64,000 nt of DNA from an uncultured delta proteobacterium (GTDB taxonomy: Bacteria > Myxococcota_A > UBA9160 > SZUA-336). The notes below the pieces were generated by a model. The model saw nothing but the letters and a program-made list of their open reading frames with translations, was not told where the DNA came from and did not search any database. The translations under genes and the position numbers were made by a program. Positions 62,037 through 64,000 of the stretch are shown piece by piece (position 1 is the first letter of the stretch; each line of letters opens with the position of its first letter). Location of the stretch: positions 581,487-645,486 of the forward strand of contig CAVPHD010000004.1 in assembly GCA_963704165.1 (NCBI GenBank), in the 5' to 3' direction.

Positions 62037-64000
62037 ATGACCCCAGCACCGCTGCGCTGCCACCTGCTGATCGGCCCGCCCGGCAGTGGCAAGACCACCC
62101 TTGCCGGCCAGCTCGCGTCCCTGCTCCAGGGAGCCAGCGGCGAGCCGGGCCTGGTGCTCTCCACCGATGTGATCCGCGCCGAGCTGTTCGGTGATGCCGG
62201 TGTGCAGGGGCCCTGGGATGAGATCCGCGCCCTGATGCTGCAGCGGCTGCGCGAGGCGGTGGCGGCCGGCCGGCCGGTGATCGTGGATGCCACCCATGCC
62301 CGCCGCCCCTGGCGCCTGCTCTACACCCAGCAGCTGCAGCTGCCCCAGCCGGTGGAGTGGATCGGCTGGTGGCTCACCACCCCGCTGGAGCAGTGCAAGG
62401 CCTGGGCGCTGCGCCGTGATCGTCCGGTGCCCGAGGCGGTGATCGTGGAGTTCCACGCGAACATCAACCACCGCTTCTTCCAGCCCCACCGCGCCGAGGG
62501 CTTTGCAGCGCTCGTGGCCCTCAACCCCGCTGCCGGGGAAGGCACCACAGACGACGACCTGCGCGGCCGCCTGGCTGGCCTCACGGGCCGCATCCGCAAC
62601 GCCTGCAACCGCCAGCGCGCCGTAACCGCCCAGCTGCACCGCTACTCCCGCCTGCTCGATCAGGAACGCCTGTTGTTCCTGCTGCGGCTGCTCACCAGCT
62701 ACGGCGGGCTCGACGAGAGCGATCCGGGCACCGCCGCTGAGCTGATCCAGATCTGCAACCCGCCGCCCCAGGGCGATCTGGCCGAGCGGGCTGCCGCCTA
62801 CCTGGCCAGCTGGAAGGAAGTGCACGGCGGCAACAGCGACGTGTACGCCGATGTGGAGGCGATCCGCGCCGACCTGGCCTGGCTGGAGGCCAACGGCTTC
62901 TTCCGCCTCGACTGGCAGGGCGACCAGCCCATCACCCTCGAGGTCGAGGGGGCCCACACCGCCAGCAGCGTGAACGGTGGCTATTCCGCCCTGGCTGAAC
63001 GCCATGCCTTCCGTCGCGTGTTCACCCTGTTGCGCCACATCCTCAAGGAGCCCTTCGATGCACCGGAGAGTGAGGGCGAGCCGCAGCAGCAGGCGCCAGC
63101 GAAGGCGCCGCCGCGCCGCAAGCGCGCCCGCCGCGACAGCAGCGAGTTCAGCCCCCTCTACCGCCACCTGATCGACCGCCTGGCGGCGATCGAGGGTGGC
63201 TATCGCCCGAGCAGGAGGCCGTGTTCCGCCGCGACGTGGAGCACGTGCTCAGCCCCTACGGCTTCCTCCCCCAGGTGACGGGCCGGCCCCACAGCCGCCG
63301 CCAGGGCTACGCCATCGGCACCGCCCTGCTCTCGGCCGACCAACTTCTTGAGGTGCACGCCCAGCTCAAGGCCTCCCTCGATCGCCTCAGCGACCAATCC
63401 CAGAAGCCCCTGCTGCTCACCCTGGAGGATCGCCTCAAGCGCGCCGGCATCCTGGCCAGCGATGGCAGCCCCGGCCGTCGCCATCAGGCCAAGCGCGCCC
63501 TCGCCCACCGCTCCATCACCGCCGAGGTGCCCGGCACCCTGGCCAGCCCCGAGCAGGCGGCCCGGCTGGAGCGGGCGATCCGCGACCGCCGCCGCGTGTG
63601 GCTGCGCCACCAGCCGGAGGCCAGCCGTTTCCGTGCCTGGCCCGTGCAGTTGCTCTTCCGCACCATCAGCTGGTATCTGGCCTTTGAAACGGCCGAGATC
63701 GGCCATCAGCGCGGTCTGATCCGCTGCCTGCGTGTCGACCGGCTGGTGCTGCTCAATGAAGACGGCAATGCCCGCCGCAGCAGCGACGCCGAACACGACG
63801 ACGCCCTGGCCCGCCTTCAGCGCCTGCTGCATGTGTGCGGTGGCCTGTTCTTTGGCACCTCGGTCGACGATCAGCTGGTGGTGCTCCAGCCCAGCGGTGG
63901 CCGCAGCCCCCAGCACCCCTGGGGCCTGCTGCGCTTCTCCTGCACCCCTGCCGTTTTCGAGCTGATCCGCGAGGAACCCCACCGCTTCCCGCCGGAGCAC
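62037..64000 (+). CDS. P-loop kinase (AAA_33-like)-WYL fusion protein (frameshift near 63210; runs off window)
   Basis: GPPGSGKT, STDVIR, VDAT; after frameshift AWPVQLLF..ISWYLAFE...LRVDRL. Confidence 0.82.

Overview
The window has two compositionally and genetically distinct parts, joined without a gap at about 57681. Bases 1-57680 are a very GC-rich, TCGA/CGCG-rich bacterial chromosome segment. Its gene style (TSP3/dockerin-like and MopE-type repeat proteins) resembles uncultured Myxococcota; this is inference. It carries lipid and acyl-CoA metabolism genes, translation factors (arfB, prfC, rluF, epmAB), a DUF485-ActP / arcE-like / OTC / carbamate kinase cluster (candidate arginine synthetase pathway), a degenerate IS5-like element with TTAG flanks enclosing passenger genes, a sigma54 activator with a divergent sigma54-promoted ABC system, a solo mreB paralogue, and a class III aminotransferase-xsc (taurine) pair. 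Bases 57681-64000 look like a different, picocyanobacterium-like genome (inference) and read as a defence island: a DrmC-like PLD fragment, an unannotated protein with an RxxxxH (HEPN-like) motif, a P-loop kinase-WYL fusion plus a decayed copy, DUF1810, and Phd/VapC. Frameshifts cluster in blocks (19.3-20.5, 26.8-29.6, 49.4, 54.2-54.9 and 57.7-64 kb) and are probably sequencing errors. I saw no rRNA, tRNA or CRISPR array. All family calls come from motif recognition by eye; no database searches were run.
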